Below are positions 42,737-57,149 of a stretch of 64,000 bases of DNA, in pieces. Made by a program: the position numbers and the translations under genes. Under the pieces are notes generated by a model. That model was not told the DNA's origin and did no database searches. It saw only the letters and a list, made by a program, of their open reading frames with translations. Positions within the stretch are counted from its first letter, which is position 1; each line of letters starts with the position of its first letter. The DNA is from Octopus vulgaris (taxonomy: Eukaryota), in contig OX597832.1 of NCBI GenBank assembly GCA_951406725.2, positions 15,190,001-15,254,000 on the forward strand, in the 5' to 3' direction.

Positions 42737-45048
42737 TGCATTTTGCTAATATTTACGATATTTCTTGAAAATGGATTTCCTACCCGAACATAGTGTCATG
42801 TATTTATTTCTAAGATTGCGGTTATTTATTTCAACAACAAAACTTACAGATATTTGATTCATACGATAAGGAGAAAAGATTCGAGAAATATAACGACAAG
42901 TAAGATATAAAGTCTTATACCTATTTTCTTTAATTCATAATAGTTCAAATAAGGCGAAATCACTTCCGCGTTTTACCGACCTATCAGATAGTCTCTATTT
43001 ACTCATAAAATCCTGTTCTACCTGCATGGAACTAAATAAGAGAGAAATAGCGATTGACGCAACGTATTTTGTTGTATGTTCGCCTTCCTCCGAAACATCT
43101 ATTTTAACTACTGCCTGTATATTGCGCCAAAGAATACTCTTCTAGTGGGGATTGAACCCTTTATATGATATACATAATTTAAATACAATTATGTCCTTCG
43201 TAGCCCCCAATCGTTTTACACATGATTAAATGAAATATATTAGCATCTTGATGGCAACACTATTTTTGTAACATAGTTATAGATTTAAATGTTTTTTTTT
43301 TTTTGTTATTACAATTAACGTAACCATACTTATTGATGTAAGAGCTTCTTTTGTACGCTGGATTGTCTTATCTCTACTGAAAAAAAATTAGTTGTTATTG
43401 TTGTAGATGTGACCGGGAAGGAGTGTATCTATAATATAAGAAAAGAGATACAACAAACAATAACGCACTATTGTCTGTTCGTTTAACAGATTAAGCCGTC
43501 TTTCAAATACTTCAAAGCGACTGCACTGTATAACTTGTAAAGCTGTAAAGCGGTGTTTCACCCTGGATATTTTCTGTCAAATCTAATAAGTGACAAACCA
43601 TTTGAATTATACCATCGATAGGCGCCAAGTAAACTGAAACACTTCCATTCAAACAAAACACATTACCTAACATATCATTTGAATCTTTGTCTTAACTCAC
43701 TCCCATTTAATTTAATCAAGAAATTTCCAATATTATTGTCTTTATGACTCTGTCACATTTTTTTTTTTGCCCTATGTTATTGTTCGCCTCCTTGTAATTA
43801 TTAGTAGAGCTACTATAGCTGCTGCTGCTGCTGCTGAAGCCACAGTATCTGCTGGTGATGATCTCCTCCTCCTTCTCCTCCTCCTCCTCCTCCTCCTACC
43901 ACTACTACCACCACTACTACTACTACTACTACTAATGATAATAATAATAATAATAGTAATAATACTGATGATAGTAATAATACTGATGATGATGATGATA
44001 CTAAGAATAATCGTTTCTTTATTGACCACTAAGGAAATTCTCATTAATACCGAGGACGATATAAGTTGAGAAAATATACTCTCAGATTAAAGTTATGCGT
44101 GCAGAAAGCAGAAAATGGAAAATGAAGAAAACGTGGGAAAAAAATAAAACGAAGAAAAAATTGCACGAAACTTAAGAACCGCACCAATCAAAACGAGGAT
44201 CAACCTCAGCTCCGGGGAAGTGATATTTCATTGTCCTCCTCACTCAGTCTATATCCTCAGTCAATTTACTCTTTGCCATTTTCATTTCCCCATTCTCACT
44301 TTCCAGTTCAAGCGAAATTTGAAAAAGCTGACAAGGACTTTGTCAAAGGATAAAACCTTTGGTTTCTACCGTTTAATTGTCCCTTTTTTCCTGTGACTTA
44401 TTTTGCTAGCGAAAATAGCGACCTTATTATAGTGACTTATTTACCTGTGAGTCGGTTACCTGTCACCAGTGAAGCATTCCTTGCCCCAGAGTGGTTGTAG
44501 GTTATTCATCGATTAGTTCCTTTTTGCTTTTCTCATTTTTGTTGACTACGCTCTCACCTGACCTATTAGGTTTCTGTACAACGTTCTATAAACGTTTTGA
44601 TATTTGAAATGTTGTGACAGGTCGAATGTTATTCGTTTGTGTGATGGTATATGTGAACCATTAGTTTTATATTGTTTGTGTTTGAGCTTGTACGTTTAAA
44701 TTGTTATGCTTTTACATGTGCTGGGGGATATTTAAAGGTAAAATATGATTTAGCTGTGTTTGGATATTCATCATGGCGTCTTTGCTGGCAGCATTCTTGG
44801 CGGGATCGATTTAACAGAGGTACGGCTGCTGGTGGTACAATGTTACTTAAATGTTACTTGCCCACTCTGTTCGGTTTGCATAATTTTCTTTCCTTTCATC
44901 CTGTCGCTCTTACAATTGCTATTGCTGAACTTGTCTTTGCTTTTATGGATACCTCCTGTCGTTTTGGACTTCTTTGCAGTTTTCGCTGGAAATTTGTCAT
45001 CAAGAATGGTTTTTGCAGAAATATGTCAGCAAGAATGTCTTAATTTAA

Positions 45049-45285
45049 GGCGGCAAGATGACAGAAACGCTAGCACGCCGGGCGAAATACCTAGCGGCAT
45101 TTCGTCTGCCGCTACGTTATCAGTTCAAATTCCACCGAGGTCGACTTTGCCTTTCATCCTTTCGGGGTCGATAAATTAAGTACAAGTTACACACTGGCGT
45201 CGATTTAATCGATTTAATCCGTTTGTCTCTCCTTGTTTGATACCTCTGTGTGTAGGCCCTTGTGGGCAGTAAAGCAATAAGAATG
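45049..45285 (+). mobile_element. Family A SINE monomer
   Basis: ggcggcaagatgacagaaacgctagcacgccgggcg...gttcaaattccaccgaggtcgactttgcc. Confidence 0.9.
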
Positions 45286-48200
45286 TCCTTATTTACAGAA
45301 CACACACTGTGAAGGTTTGTGTCACAACAATATTGGTATCTTGGTTTTTAGCTGAATGATTACGTATATTGTTTTATTTCTTATTGACTTGTTCCACCCC
45401 ACCTGACACATTGATCACGGCCGCAGCGGATTCCATATATTTTCATCCCAAATGAGTTTGATTTTGAGTCTTCTTATTTTCGCTATGTGATTTTCTCTAT
45501 TGTTAAATCAATTCTGTTTTGTATTCCCCTCGCGACACATATCATACAACATTTCATCTTATTGTGATGTCGCTAGTATAATATATATTAGTATGTTCTT
45601 AAAATTAATTACTGAAGATGAGTTAATAGTCTATGTCCGATTTTTCTTTATAACACACAAATACTTTCGAGATAAATTTTTTCCAGTGCTTTCTAATACA
45701 TTCCTGCATGTAAATATATATGTTTGTGTGATTAACACTTCCTCAGGTTTCATATCTTATTTAACCATTACAGATTCTTTAATAAACTATCATAGTTTGT
45801 GTATTTTTATGCTTTATTCTCTTTTGTATTATATTTCAAATTTATATTATATTACAATAATTTATATTATATTATAAATCTACTATGTAGACTCTATATT
45901 CTATATGCTTATTTACGATTCTGCATATGCACTGTATGTCAGGAAATGCATATTTCTATTGATACATCATTCGCTCAATCACACAATTTTATTTAACTTG
46001 ATAATATGTGTACGTACAGGAACTTTGTTTAAATCGCTTGTATCAGATGATACAGAAACTTAATCAAAACAACTTAGAGCATATTGCATTGGTACATTAT
46101 ATTTACAATCACATTTCAAGTATATTTGTTTTACGCCCGCGCTTTGACAGAACATCTGCGTTTCTATTTAGTGGTCATTTTATGACGAATTGAAATCCTA
46201 TCCTTCATCGAAAGCGTAAAATTTTCGTCTAAAAATTGGGACCAGTGTATTCCGACAGCGTTGTTCGTCAATGCGGTTCAGTTTGGCTAGCTATTCGTTA
46301 TTGGTCTTCGATTAGTGATCTAAAGGAAGCGCGACCTCGAGATAAATTGCAGCCTCATCTTATCGGTTCATACATAGAAGTGTTAATTTGGCCGTAGAAT
46401 TTCGACTTTTCTTCAAACGATGAATTGATTTATTGCAGTTATACAGTGCGCAATACCAGCACTCTAAGAATAAATTCAAGTGCCCAGTAAATATTTTGTC
46501 TCATAATTTGCTAATTTTGGTAACGCGGCAAGATGGCACAATTGTTATAAATCAGCCGAAACGCCTAACATTGTATTGTCTGTTCAGAACTGTGTTTTTC
46601 ATCCTTTCGGAGTACATAAAGTATATAATAGATGAGTAATGGAGCCAATGTAATCGTCAAATCTACACTCACTAAAATTGCTGCTGTTGTGCCAAAAACA
46701 AAACGATAGTATGATGGTTTTGATTTGATATCGGACTCTCCTACTTAATACTAGGCTTAATGGACATAAACACTCTGAATTCTTTTAGTGGATTTCCCTC
46801 GAGGTTAAAGATTAAAAATCCTGCTGAGTCTTCGAAGCACAATGATACGCATCCTCACTCACGTTTCTTACAAAGCAAGAAGAACCAAAAGAGCGACACG
46901 GGAAAACTGAGAGAGCCATGCGGACGTGTGTAAATACAAACGTACGATTACAAAAACAGACATACGTTTCTATATACATCACATACATATGTATATAAAA
47001 CTATATGCTGAAGTGTACGCATATACGCCCATACATAGATAAATACACATAGGCATATACATACATATATATATATATGTGTATGTGTGTGTGTGTGTGT
47101 GTATGTGTGTGTATGTATGTGTGTGTATGTATGTATGCATGTTAATTTATGATAAATACATTTATGTACTTGAATACAAATCACACGCTAACAGACTTTT
47201 ATGCCTTCGCTAACCTGAATGTTAAATTGCATAGAAATAAAAAGAAAATATGTGATGATTTATAATGCTTGACCTGTGCGTACGTAACATTATTTAGAGA
47301 TGTTCTATATGGAAAATAACTTAGTGTACTTCTCACAGACAACGAGAAACGAAAAGCAACAGGTAAAATTGCTATTAACATGCTTAATATGTAATAAGAA
47401 AATTTGTATTCCCCTCAGGAGAGACCAATTGTTATTTTCATATCCATTGTAATGGTGGCAATGTGCCAGACTAGCTTGTGTTCACAATTTTATATCTATT
47501 TTTTGATACTATCAGGAACTGTAACTGAATTATCAATACTGAGTCTAAGCTACGTGGCAGAATGCTTAACTGACGGATACAACTCCAAAGTAATTTATCG
47601 AGTCGACAGTATTGAAACGTTGGCTGTTATTTATTTAGCATTTTTGCACTTTTCTTTAACGCATAAGGATATATAACTGGATTTTTGTTGTACACTGCAC
47701 TCAATATATTAACAAAAACATTGAATTTATAAACAAGTAACAATAATGTTCTGAAGCGCTACGCTCCTTATTCGTTTTCTGTTTTTCTTTATTGTTTTCG
47801 CTTGTTTGCTTTAAAGTAGAGATATTCCTATGCTTACTTATGTTTCATGAAATATATAAGATATATTGAACAAGTTCATAAGGTAAGAAAAAGCAACCAA
47901 AACACAAGAAACATAATCTTGTTATATATGCAACTGATTCTCAAAGCATGATATTTAAAGAACAAAATAAGTTATGCGTGACGAGTGGTTTTTAGATTTC
48001 ATTTCCTCCTGTTATAAATCCTCATATATATACATGAATGTATCATAATATATATAATAATTATTAGGCAGATGTACTATTAGTTTCTTTTTTTATATTT
48101 GCGCTTGTCTGTATACTTCCACAATGAAAAAGAAAGAAAGAATAATCACGGATGCTTCTCGGAATTTAGCCAAAGACACACCCGCACGCAAATCAGTCTG

Positions 48201-48859
48201 TGTATAACAATAATCCAAATATTTGTTTATTTTTTATGTTGCTTAAGATATTCAGTAATGTCGATTAAACAAACTATTACTATATCGCCACCAGGTAATG
48301 TTTGTATTTGTATATACAGATACACGAAATCCCGCTCTCCCGCTCTCCCGCGACGACGACGGCGATGACGATGACGATGACGACGACGATGACGACGACG
48401 AAAAGGGTGCGTGTCGAGCAATGTATTTCGTCGCTCTACGGGTATCTTGAACAAACCTGGCTCTGAGAGCATCGATGCTTTTAAGATTTTAACTTGAACC
48501 GGGAGCAAACTTTTGGTTGCACGTGCAAGCTAAGCGCTACTAAAGATAGTCCGTTGTAGTCCCTAACAAGGACTCTCGCCGGAACATACTAGATAATTGG
48601 TTGTTTTCGGCGCCCAGAGACTCCCCGATGTCGTCGACACACATGCCTGTCAGTAATAGTTTATGTATTGATAAACGATGACACAGACCGATTTTGTTAT
48701 CCGACTGGTAAGAGGCCCCGAATACCTGACGATTATCAAAGTGTTAGGCAACCAGCTTTGTCCTTTCTTAACCCATGATTGCTGTTCTGTGAAACAGACG
48801 AGCTCTGGAAAGACGTACCTTATAGACAGATCAAAAACACGTTCACCGAATAGGAATGG

Positions 48860-49470
48860 TTATAGTTGGCGAAACTACAGATCGTTTCCACGTACCAACT
48901 GTATTAAGGGAGCTCAAATTCCTCCGATGTTGGTATTGCCTTGCATTCTTTCGGGGTCGATAGATTAAGTACCGATCAATGTTAACAACTTTCCAAATAA
49001 CCCGGATTTGCTGATCTTTTGCCAAAATTTAGGATATTATTGTTATTATTATTATTATTAATTAATTATTCAACTCTTTGTAGTTTGAGGCAAATTTCTA
49101 GTGCATCACCTGCTTATTCCCCCTCGTGCTGGTGGGGATGTGTACTGCATTTTGCGTTCGTTTCGTTCCGGTATTGTATCACGTTATTTGTTTTCCTTTT
49201 GAAATGTAGTGCAGTCATTTGTTGTATTACTGGTTGCATTCTGTGCTGAGTATGTAAGGCTGCGAGCTGGCAGAATCGTCAGCACGTAGGGCAAAATAAT
49301 TTGCGCTATTTCATCTGTCTGCACTTCCTTAATTCAAATTCGGATGAGGTGTACTTTTCATTTCATCCTCTTGTTGTTGAAAAATTAGGTACCAGTTAAA
49401 AACTGTGGTCGATTTAATCAACCCTCCACCCCACCAAAATTCCTGGCATTATGTCAGAATTTGAACTATT
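48860..49470 (+). mobile_element. Two decayed family A SINE copies (~48860-49050 and 49258-49470), each with an (ATT)n tail
   Basis: ctcaaattcctccgatg...tcggggtcgatagattaagtacc; ggctgcgagctggcagaatcgtcagcacg. Confidence 0.75.
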
Positions 49471-50029
49471 ATTATTATTTTCGTTTATTGGTGTTGTTAT
49501 TATTTATATTCTTGTTATTATTGTCATGACAATTATTATTATTATTATTATTATTGTTTTTAATATTTTTAATTATGTCTTTGTTATTCACGATGGTTAT
49601 AGCTGGGCTGGTGATAATTATCCTGATGATAATGCTGACGATGTTCACGATGATGAAAATGATGATGTTGATGAAGATGTGGACGGCGACGATAATGTTG
49701 GCAATGATTTATGATGTATGCAATGTCTCTCTTGCTTAAGGGACTCAGTGCAGGCAAAAGACTTTTCAAAGGTTGATGTGGCAGCATCGCCTTCACGCCT
49801 TCAGCTAATTCCTTTTAATGTTGTTGCATCTATTATAACTGAATGACGTGGGCTGGGTGTTTTACTACTTGCTGTAGATTTTGGCAACGATTTGCTTAAT
49901 GGTAGAAATTCATTGTTCATATATCGGCGTTGGGGACAGTGAAAACCATACGCTGCTGCTAATGTCGGTAGTTGGTGGTGTATGAATGATGTTGCAGGTG
50001 ATGCTGATAAATAAGTGATAGTGGGCGTG

Positions 50030-50049
50030 TTCTTCTTCTTCTTCTTCTT

Positions 50050-50080
<31 letters not shown>

Positions 50081-50097
50081 TTATTATTATTATTATT

Positions 50098-50157
<60 letters not shown>
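50030..50157. repeat. Compound (TTC)n(TTA)n(AAT)n microsatellite
   Basis: Direct inspection. Confidence 0.95.
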
Positions 50158-50158
<1 letters not shown>

Positions 50159-50532
50159 TTGCTGTTGTTGTTGTTGGTTTTGGTGGTGGTGGCGGTGGTG
50201 GCGTTGTTTGCGGCGGTGGTGGTGCTGGTGGTGGGGGTATTGCTAGTTGAGGTTGCTAAGTTAATGCTGCAGCTTATTATGTTCATGGTAATTTTAATAT
50301 AGGGTGCTCCCTGATATGGTTTTTCCAAGGTTCGAGGTGCCCTTGGTTGGGACATTAATAGCGATGATAAAAATATGCGTTGATGTTAGGCAGTAGTGTT
50401 TATATTGTCAGTCGTCATTGTAGTTCGTTGCTGTTGGTCCCACATAGCAGTAGTGGACTTAGTGTTGTAGTTGGTAGTGGTATTGTTTAAAATGGTGAAT
50501 GTAATTTTTATAACAATGTCATTTACCACAAA

Positions 50533-51150
50533 GGTGGCGAGCTGCCAGAGCGTTAGCACGCCGGGCGAAATGCTTAGCGTTATTTCGTCTGCGTTACGTT
50601 GTGAGTTCAAATTCCGCCGAGGTCGACTTTGCCTTTCATCCTTTCGGGGTCGATAAATTAAGTACCAGTTACGAACTGGAGTTGATGTAATAGACTTAAT
50701 CCGTTTGTCTGTCCTTTTTTGTCTCCACTATGTTTAGCTTCTTGCGGGTAGTAAAGAAATGGGTATTTTGTCTGACGTTACGTTCTGAGTTCCAATTCCG
50801 CCGAGGTCGACTTTGCCTTCCATCCTTTTCGGGTCGATGAATTAAGTACCAGTTACGCACTAGAGTTGATGAAATAGATGTAATCACTTTGTCTGTCCTT
50901 TTTTTATCTCCACTATGTTTAGCCCCTTGTGGGCAATATAAGAAAGAAATAAGAAACTTTAGCACGCCGGGCGAAATGCATAGCGGTGTTTCATCTGTCT
51001 TTACGTTCTGACTTCAAATTCGGCCGAATTCGATTTTATCTTTTTATCCCTTTGGGGTCGATAAATTATGTGCCGGTTGCATACTGGAGTCGATCTAATC
51101 GACCGCCCCCTTCTCCCAAATTTCGGACCTTAGCCTAGAGTAGAAAAGAA
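50533..51150 (+). mobile_element. Family A SINE multimer (3 units)
   Basis: Head ggtggcgagctgccagagcgttagcacgccgggcg; repeated ccgaggtcgactttgcc bodies; same terminal cctagagtagaa as at 10440. Confidence 0.9.
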
Positions 51151-51385
51151 CAGTATTTAGCTCACACTATATGGCTGCTCTATTCTTGAAATAATCCCCA
51201 ACATTCCTTTTGTAATAATTACTACAATAAACAGAGTATTATATTGTCCAGTGCAGCTTGCAGTTTCCTCGTTGTATGAACAGTGATTTCAGTGTGTTTT
51301 GATTTATTTTCTGGTATTGTTTTTTGTAGTGGATGCATTGTGATAATTGTGATTAGAAATTTGGAAGTAGCTTTGACAGAATAGT

Positions 51386-51795
51386 AGGAGTGGCTGTGTG
51401 GTAAGTAGATTGCTCACAAACCACAGAGTTCCAGATTCAGTCCACTGTGTGGCACCTTGGGAAAAGTGTCTTCTACTATAGCCTCAGCCGACCAAAACAT
51501 TGTGAGCGGATTTGGCAGACGGAAACTGAAAGAAGACCGTCGTGTATACGCATGTATATATATATATAAATATATATGTATATGTGTGTATATGTTTGTG
51601 TGTTTGTGTTTGTCCCCCACAAGATCGCTTGACAACCGGTGTTATTGTATTTACGTCCACGTAACATAGCGGTTCGGCAAAAGAAACCGATGGAATAAGT
51701 ACTAGGCTTACAGTAAGTCCTCGGGTCGATTTGCTCTATTAAAGGCGGTGCATCAGCATGACCGAAGTCACATGACTGAAATAAAAAAAAGAATA
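51386..51795 (+). mobile_element. tRNA-derived SINE (family B) with internal TA/TG microsatellite
   Basis: aggagtggctgtgtggtaag (A box) ... attcagtccactg (B-box-like); A-rich tail; related fragments at 7290-7420, 41695, 54731, 55353, 56798. Confidence 0.8.
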
Positions 51796-52459
51796 TAAGA
51801 GTAAATAGTAGAGCTCTTCAGGAGTGTGGAAAGAAAGGTTATGAGAATGATTGTGATGGTGGTGTTCACGGTAGAGTTGGATGTGTACCTCATGGTTATG
51901 CTAGTGATGCTGCCGGCGATGAGGATGTGTGCTATCGAGATTTTGACGAAAGGAAGTGCGGCGATGGACTGCTTACGTGCTATTTGTTTTTGAGACGATT
52001 CTGACGACAGATCTTTTGAGGGAACGTTAGTGATAGTGTTGAAGAGGAAGCGTTTGGTGTTGCTGTTTTCCAAATTCATAGAATTGGTTTTGTCTGTTAT
52101 GCTGCATTTATTCTTAGTAGTTCTCTTGATAGCATTCAGATGGCAAAAAAATGGAGAAACTGTAGCTGCTGGTAGTGTAGAAGACGATGTAGTTGCTGTG
52201 GTAATCTTAGGTTCATAGTGGGAGTGGTAAGCTGATGCACATACGACAGATGATGACGATGATGATATTAATTTGCTTTTTGTGTTATATGAATTATTGC
52301 TGGTTACAGCGACACTGGGTTTCTTAATGCAGACGTTGAAGCTGTGGTACTATTGGTGATGATGCTTTTGTTAATACCATTGACTGCATTGCTATTATTA
52401 TCAGCCATAACTCTACTGGTTCTACCGACATTGGTGATGTGCATCCTCATTACTGAATT

Positions 52460-52461
52460 AC

Positions 52462-52542
<81 letters not shown>

Positions 52543-52574
52543 TATTATTATTATTATTATTATTATTGTTATTG

Positions 52575-52608
<34 letters not shown>

Positions 52609-52848
52609 CATTATTATTATTATTATTGTTGCTGTTGTTGTTGTTGTTGTCATTGGTGGTGTCGTTCTTGTAAACTACTGTTATCGTTGTTCACATTATT
52701 AATATTTTTAACATTATCATCATCATTTTTAGTATTATATTCACCACCACCACCACCATCATCAGCAGCATCATCATAATCATCCTCATCATCATCATTA
52801 TCATTATTATTATCCTTATTATTATTATTATCATTATTATTATTATTA

Positions 52849-52912
<64 letters not shown>

Positions 52913-52917
52913 CATTA

Positions 52918-52991
<74 letters not shown>

Positions 52992-53030
52992 GTTGTTGTT
53001 GTTGTTATTATTACTATTATTATTATTATT
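52460..53030. repeat. Long (TTA)n/(TCA)n/(TTG)n compound microsatellite
   Basis: Direct inspection. Confidence 0.95.
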
Positions 53031-54497
53031 ACCGGATACATATTTCATGTTAAAAAGAAGACATAAATGTTTAATTTAAAAGAAATTTAAAAACAAAAAG
53101 GAAACAAAAAATGTTAATGCTCGGAGTCAAATTGAAAATTTAACTCCTATGCGAGAAACCTGGTATTGTTCTGTTGGAATTGGCCTGCAGAATTTCATTA
53201 ATTCTATTGTCTGAGTCTTTGGAATGGAATCAAATTACCAACTTAGTCCTGCGCAATATTTTTCTTCATGTAATTTAAAGGCCCAATGGCAAAGCATATT
53301 TCTCTATTTTTTTTTTTTTGTACTTAAGTATTATTTCGCTGATATTTGTTAAAATGTTTTTTTATAGAATTTGTTTCTGTAAATTCGTTTTGGTTATTCA
53401 TAATAATGATCATAATCCTGATCGTCGTGATAATTATCATCCTAGTCATCAACATCAATACAATTCACCATTCCACTCTACATTGATAATTATCACCATC
53501 CATATAACAGCCATATATTTTTTCCTGTACGTTTCTTTCCTTGCTATCCTCCTCCTCATCATCGATCATGATCAGGATAAAGAAGATGAAGAAAACCAGT
53601 GATGATGTTGGCGAAAGTAATCACGACGGCTATCGTCATAAACACGATCATAATTATCATGAACATCAACGCCATTTTTGTTGTAGCCGTCGTCATAATC
53701 ACCCTCGATATTTCCTTAACCATAACCAATGCCACCACCAATACTACAGCCACTAACAGCAACAGCACATTCACGTTTAATAGAAATACCACCGCCACTA
53801 CCACGGCCATGACCTACACCGACACGACTGCGGAGTCGCCACCTTTACTCCATCGTCATATTTAACATTGCTGTTTTCACACTTAATCATCGTTATCGTA
53901 ATCATCATCGTCAATCTCCACTTCCTGCGGTACCTCCTCCGCATCATCATCATGATTTCCTATGTTCTTGAGAAATGCCATCATTCTTCTGCTCGTACAC
54001 ATATAATTTATTTCTGTGATACTAACATTATCGACTCTCATCATAAAAGGAGAGCTGAGAGAATGTCTGTCAATATTACTGCCACAGTTAGACATAATTC
54101 TAAAACCAGAGCTGGAATAACTCGACTCTAACTCATAAATCTAATCTCTATTTGCATGTTTGCATGTAAATACTACCATTTAATACTTTATACTTTCAAA
54201 TTTACGTAGGTGTGGACAGTATGGTTACAATAATATCTTCTGTTTTGCTTTTTGTACTTCTGCCATTCATTGCTCTCCAGCCGATCTGGGGCAGAGCTTT
54301 GTAGTGTTGAGTTGGACAAGTCAATACCTATACTTATTGTCAACGGTATATATTCACCGTTTTCGAAACCTTACCGTTCTTTTACGAACAAATACCGACT
54401 GTTAAGCAATGGTGAGACAAACGTAAACACACACACACACACATACATGAACACGCACAGATAGAAACACACACACACACACACACACATTTACATA

Positions 54498-54731
54498 GAG
54501 ACGTCTATAAATAACAACAGAACGAGACATTCCTATTAAGTGAAATTATATATATATATATATGTGTGTGTGTACGTGTATAAATTTGTGTAGTGAGAAC
54601 TGCAGTCGAATGCTTCAAGCGAGACGTCTATAAAAAACAACAGAACGAGACATTCCTACAGAGCGAAATTATATATATGTATGCACGTGTATAAATGTGT
54701 GTAGTGAGAACTGCAGTCGAATGCTTCAAGC
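54498..54731. repeat. Tandem duplication (123 bp + 111 bp) adjoining a decayed minus-strand SINE head
   Basis: gagacgtctataaa...gtagtgagaactgcagtcgaatgcttcaagc x2. Confidence 0.9.
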
Positions 54732-55352
54732 AGTGGGATTGAACGCGAGAGAGCATAATTTCAAAGTGAATGTCTTAAGCAACACGGCCATGTCAGTACC
54801 TAATGATAAATATAATATTGAACGCATATCTAAATTTCCTTTGATTGCGTCCATATTAATTGGTATCTTTAGAAATCCTGTGGTTGTACGGTTTCTTCAT
54901 CACGTTAAACGCTATTAAGAAATGTTGATAAATAGCCGCAAGAACATAACCGAGTCATTTTCATCCGATAATTTTCGGTCTAATCGTTAATTAATTAACA
55001 TAAAGGTCGTTTAATCGCGTCCATTTCTGCAAATGAAGAAATATTTTAAAGAAATAAAACTAAAATTTATGAAGGATTCTTAGCATTTCTTCTTTGATTA
55101 CGTGATTACGTTTGCCGCGTTTTAAAAATAAAACGCTTAGTTATAATTTCACATTCAGTGAAGGAAATGGTTTCCCCCTAAAAGCTTCATAACACCCATA
55201 TCTATTTCTGTATGTATGTATCTATATGTCTGTCTGTCTGTCTGTCTATCTATGTATCTAACTATCTACATGATGAGAACTGAACAGGCGCTAAATGAAT
55301 TGAACAACAACAATAGGAATTAAGAACCAATGAAAATATGATATATTGATAT

Positions 55353-55459
55353 AGGCGCAGGAGGGGATGTGTGGTAAGTGGTTTGCTTACCAACCACATG
55401 TTTCTGGGTTAAGTCCCACTGCGTGGCACCTTTGTCGAGTGTCTTCTTTTATAGCCTTG
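55353..55459 (+). mobile_element. Family B SINE head fragment
   Basis: aggcgcaggaggggatgtgtggtaag...gggttaagtcccactgcgtggcacc. Confidence 0.8.
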
Positions 55460-55868
55460 TTGAATCGTCGTCATCCTCGTCCTCCACCTTCTCCTCCTCC
55501 CCCTTCTCATCATCATTGTCATCATCGAAGAAAGTGGATTGAAAGGTTTGTAAATGTGTTAGACACGATATTACCTTCAAACCCGCGCTGAGATTGACTT
55601 CAATTTTCATGAATGTGGGACAATAAAATAAAGTAGAGGGGTCGAAAATAATCAAATAATCCCAGTTTTCCAAATCTCCGTACTCCTTCTAACATAACAC
55701 ACAATCGCCATCATCATCATCATTGTCCTCGTTGTCATCTTCGTTGTCGTCGTCGTCGTAGTCATGGTCATCATCATTGCTTGTAGTAGGAAGAGAATTC
55801 TTACAGCTGAAGATTTTAAATAATGATCTACAAAATTTGAGATTTTAGGTGATGCGTGGTGAAAACAA

Positions 55869-55936
55869 GCTTTTTAGTGAGAGGAATCACTCAATGTGAA
55901 GGCTTTTTAATGAGAGGAATCACTCAATGTGAAGGC
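55869..55936. repeat. 33-bp tandem duplication
   Basis: gcttttta(g/a)tgagaggaatcactcaatgtgaag x2. Confidence 0.9.
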
Positions 55937-56683
55937 AGATACCACATTACATCTCTTGAGTTTCTCTTTTTAAAGCTCTCTTTCATATTATTCGCAGTAG
56001 ATTTCATTATTAATGATCGCCCACATTCTTGAGAAATATCGTATTTGATTTGGTTCTACGTGCTTCTAATAAGAATCGTAATTAGTGAAAACAGAATCAT
56101 AATGGCCGAAAAACTACTCCTGAAACTGTAACAGAATTTTTCAAGAAGTACTTTATATTGTTGCAAACATACCTTTTGTTCGGAGGTGATAATGGAAATA
56201 CAACATAATCTATGAAACTATTTGTATGGTATTCATGGTATATAAATTAAACATGACATCTTCCTACAACATATTTTTCACTATCCATTATTCTGAAAAT
56301 ATATTTTGTCTGGAAATATATTACCGTAAAATTAGAAAAATTAGTAAAACTGCCTGAATCGCAGCATGTTCGCACGAAAACAGAAATATCACAAGAAAGT
56401 AAATTATTCCAATAAATAGATAGAAACAAATATAATATATATGGGAATAGAATAGAATAGACTCTCAGACAACAGAAAATATTGTACTTGAATAATATAT
56501 TGTTCAGCATGTTGAAATCAACAAACGTTACTTCACTCTAAACCAACCGCTAAAAGAGAATTAAACTTATATCATTCGTCTTTATCGCTTTATCCCCTGA
56601 TGAAAAATGTGTGTGCAGGCACATCCTTACCCAACCCAAGTAACCATACACACATCCACATCACCACATCCAAACCCTCACAC

Positions 56684-56773
<90 letters not shown>

Positions 56774-56797
56774 TGTTATCCCTTTTGTTCTTTTAAC

Positions 56798-57112
56798 TGT
56801 TTCAGTCATTTGACTATGGCCATGCTGGAGCACCGCCTTTAGTCGGACAAGTGAACGCTAGGACTTCTTCTTCGTAAGTCATTCTGTCGGTGACTTTCGT
56901 CTAAGCGCTAAGTTACGGGGACTGTGTTTGTCCTTCTGCTGTCACGTGACAAACGATTTTGGTGTGTTTACGTTCGTGTAAATTTATCGGTCATATGTAC
57001 AGCAAAAGAGAACGGTAGTATAAATACTTGGCTTGTACATAATAAGTCCTGAGGTCCATTTGTTCGACAAAAGGCGGTGTGTCAGCATGGCTACATTTAG
57101 GTGACTGAAACA
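56798..57112. mobile_element. Two family B SINE 3' halves joined in inverted orientation
   Basis: tgtttcagtca...ccatgctg...caccgccttt at left is mirrored by aaaggcggtg...cagcatgg...tgactgaaaca at right. Confidence 0.8.
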
Positions 57113-57149
57113 AATAATACGCACATACACAGAAGTAAGCACACACGAT

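Noticed and set aside
49801-50355. 184-aa minus-strand ORF
   Set aside because: Runs through compound microsatellites; no domain or splice support
55869-55936. 33-bp repeats as CRISPR-like
   Set aside because: Two adjacent copies with no spacer; eukaryotic context
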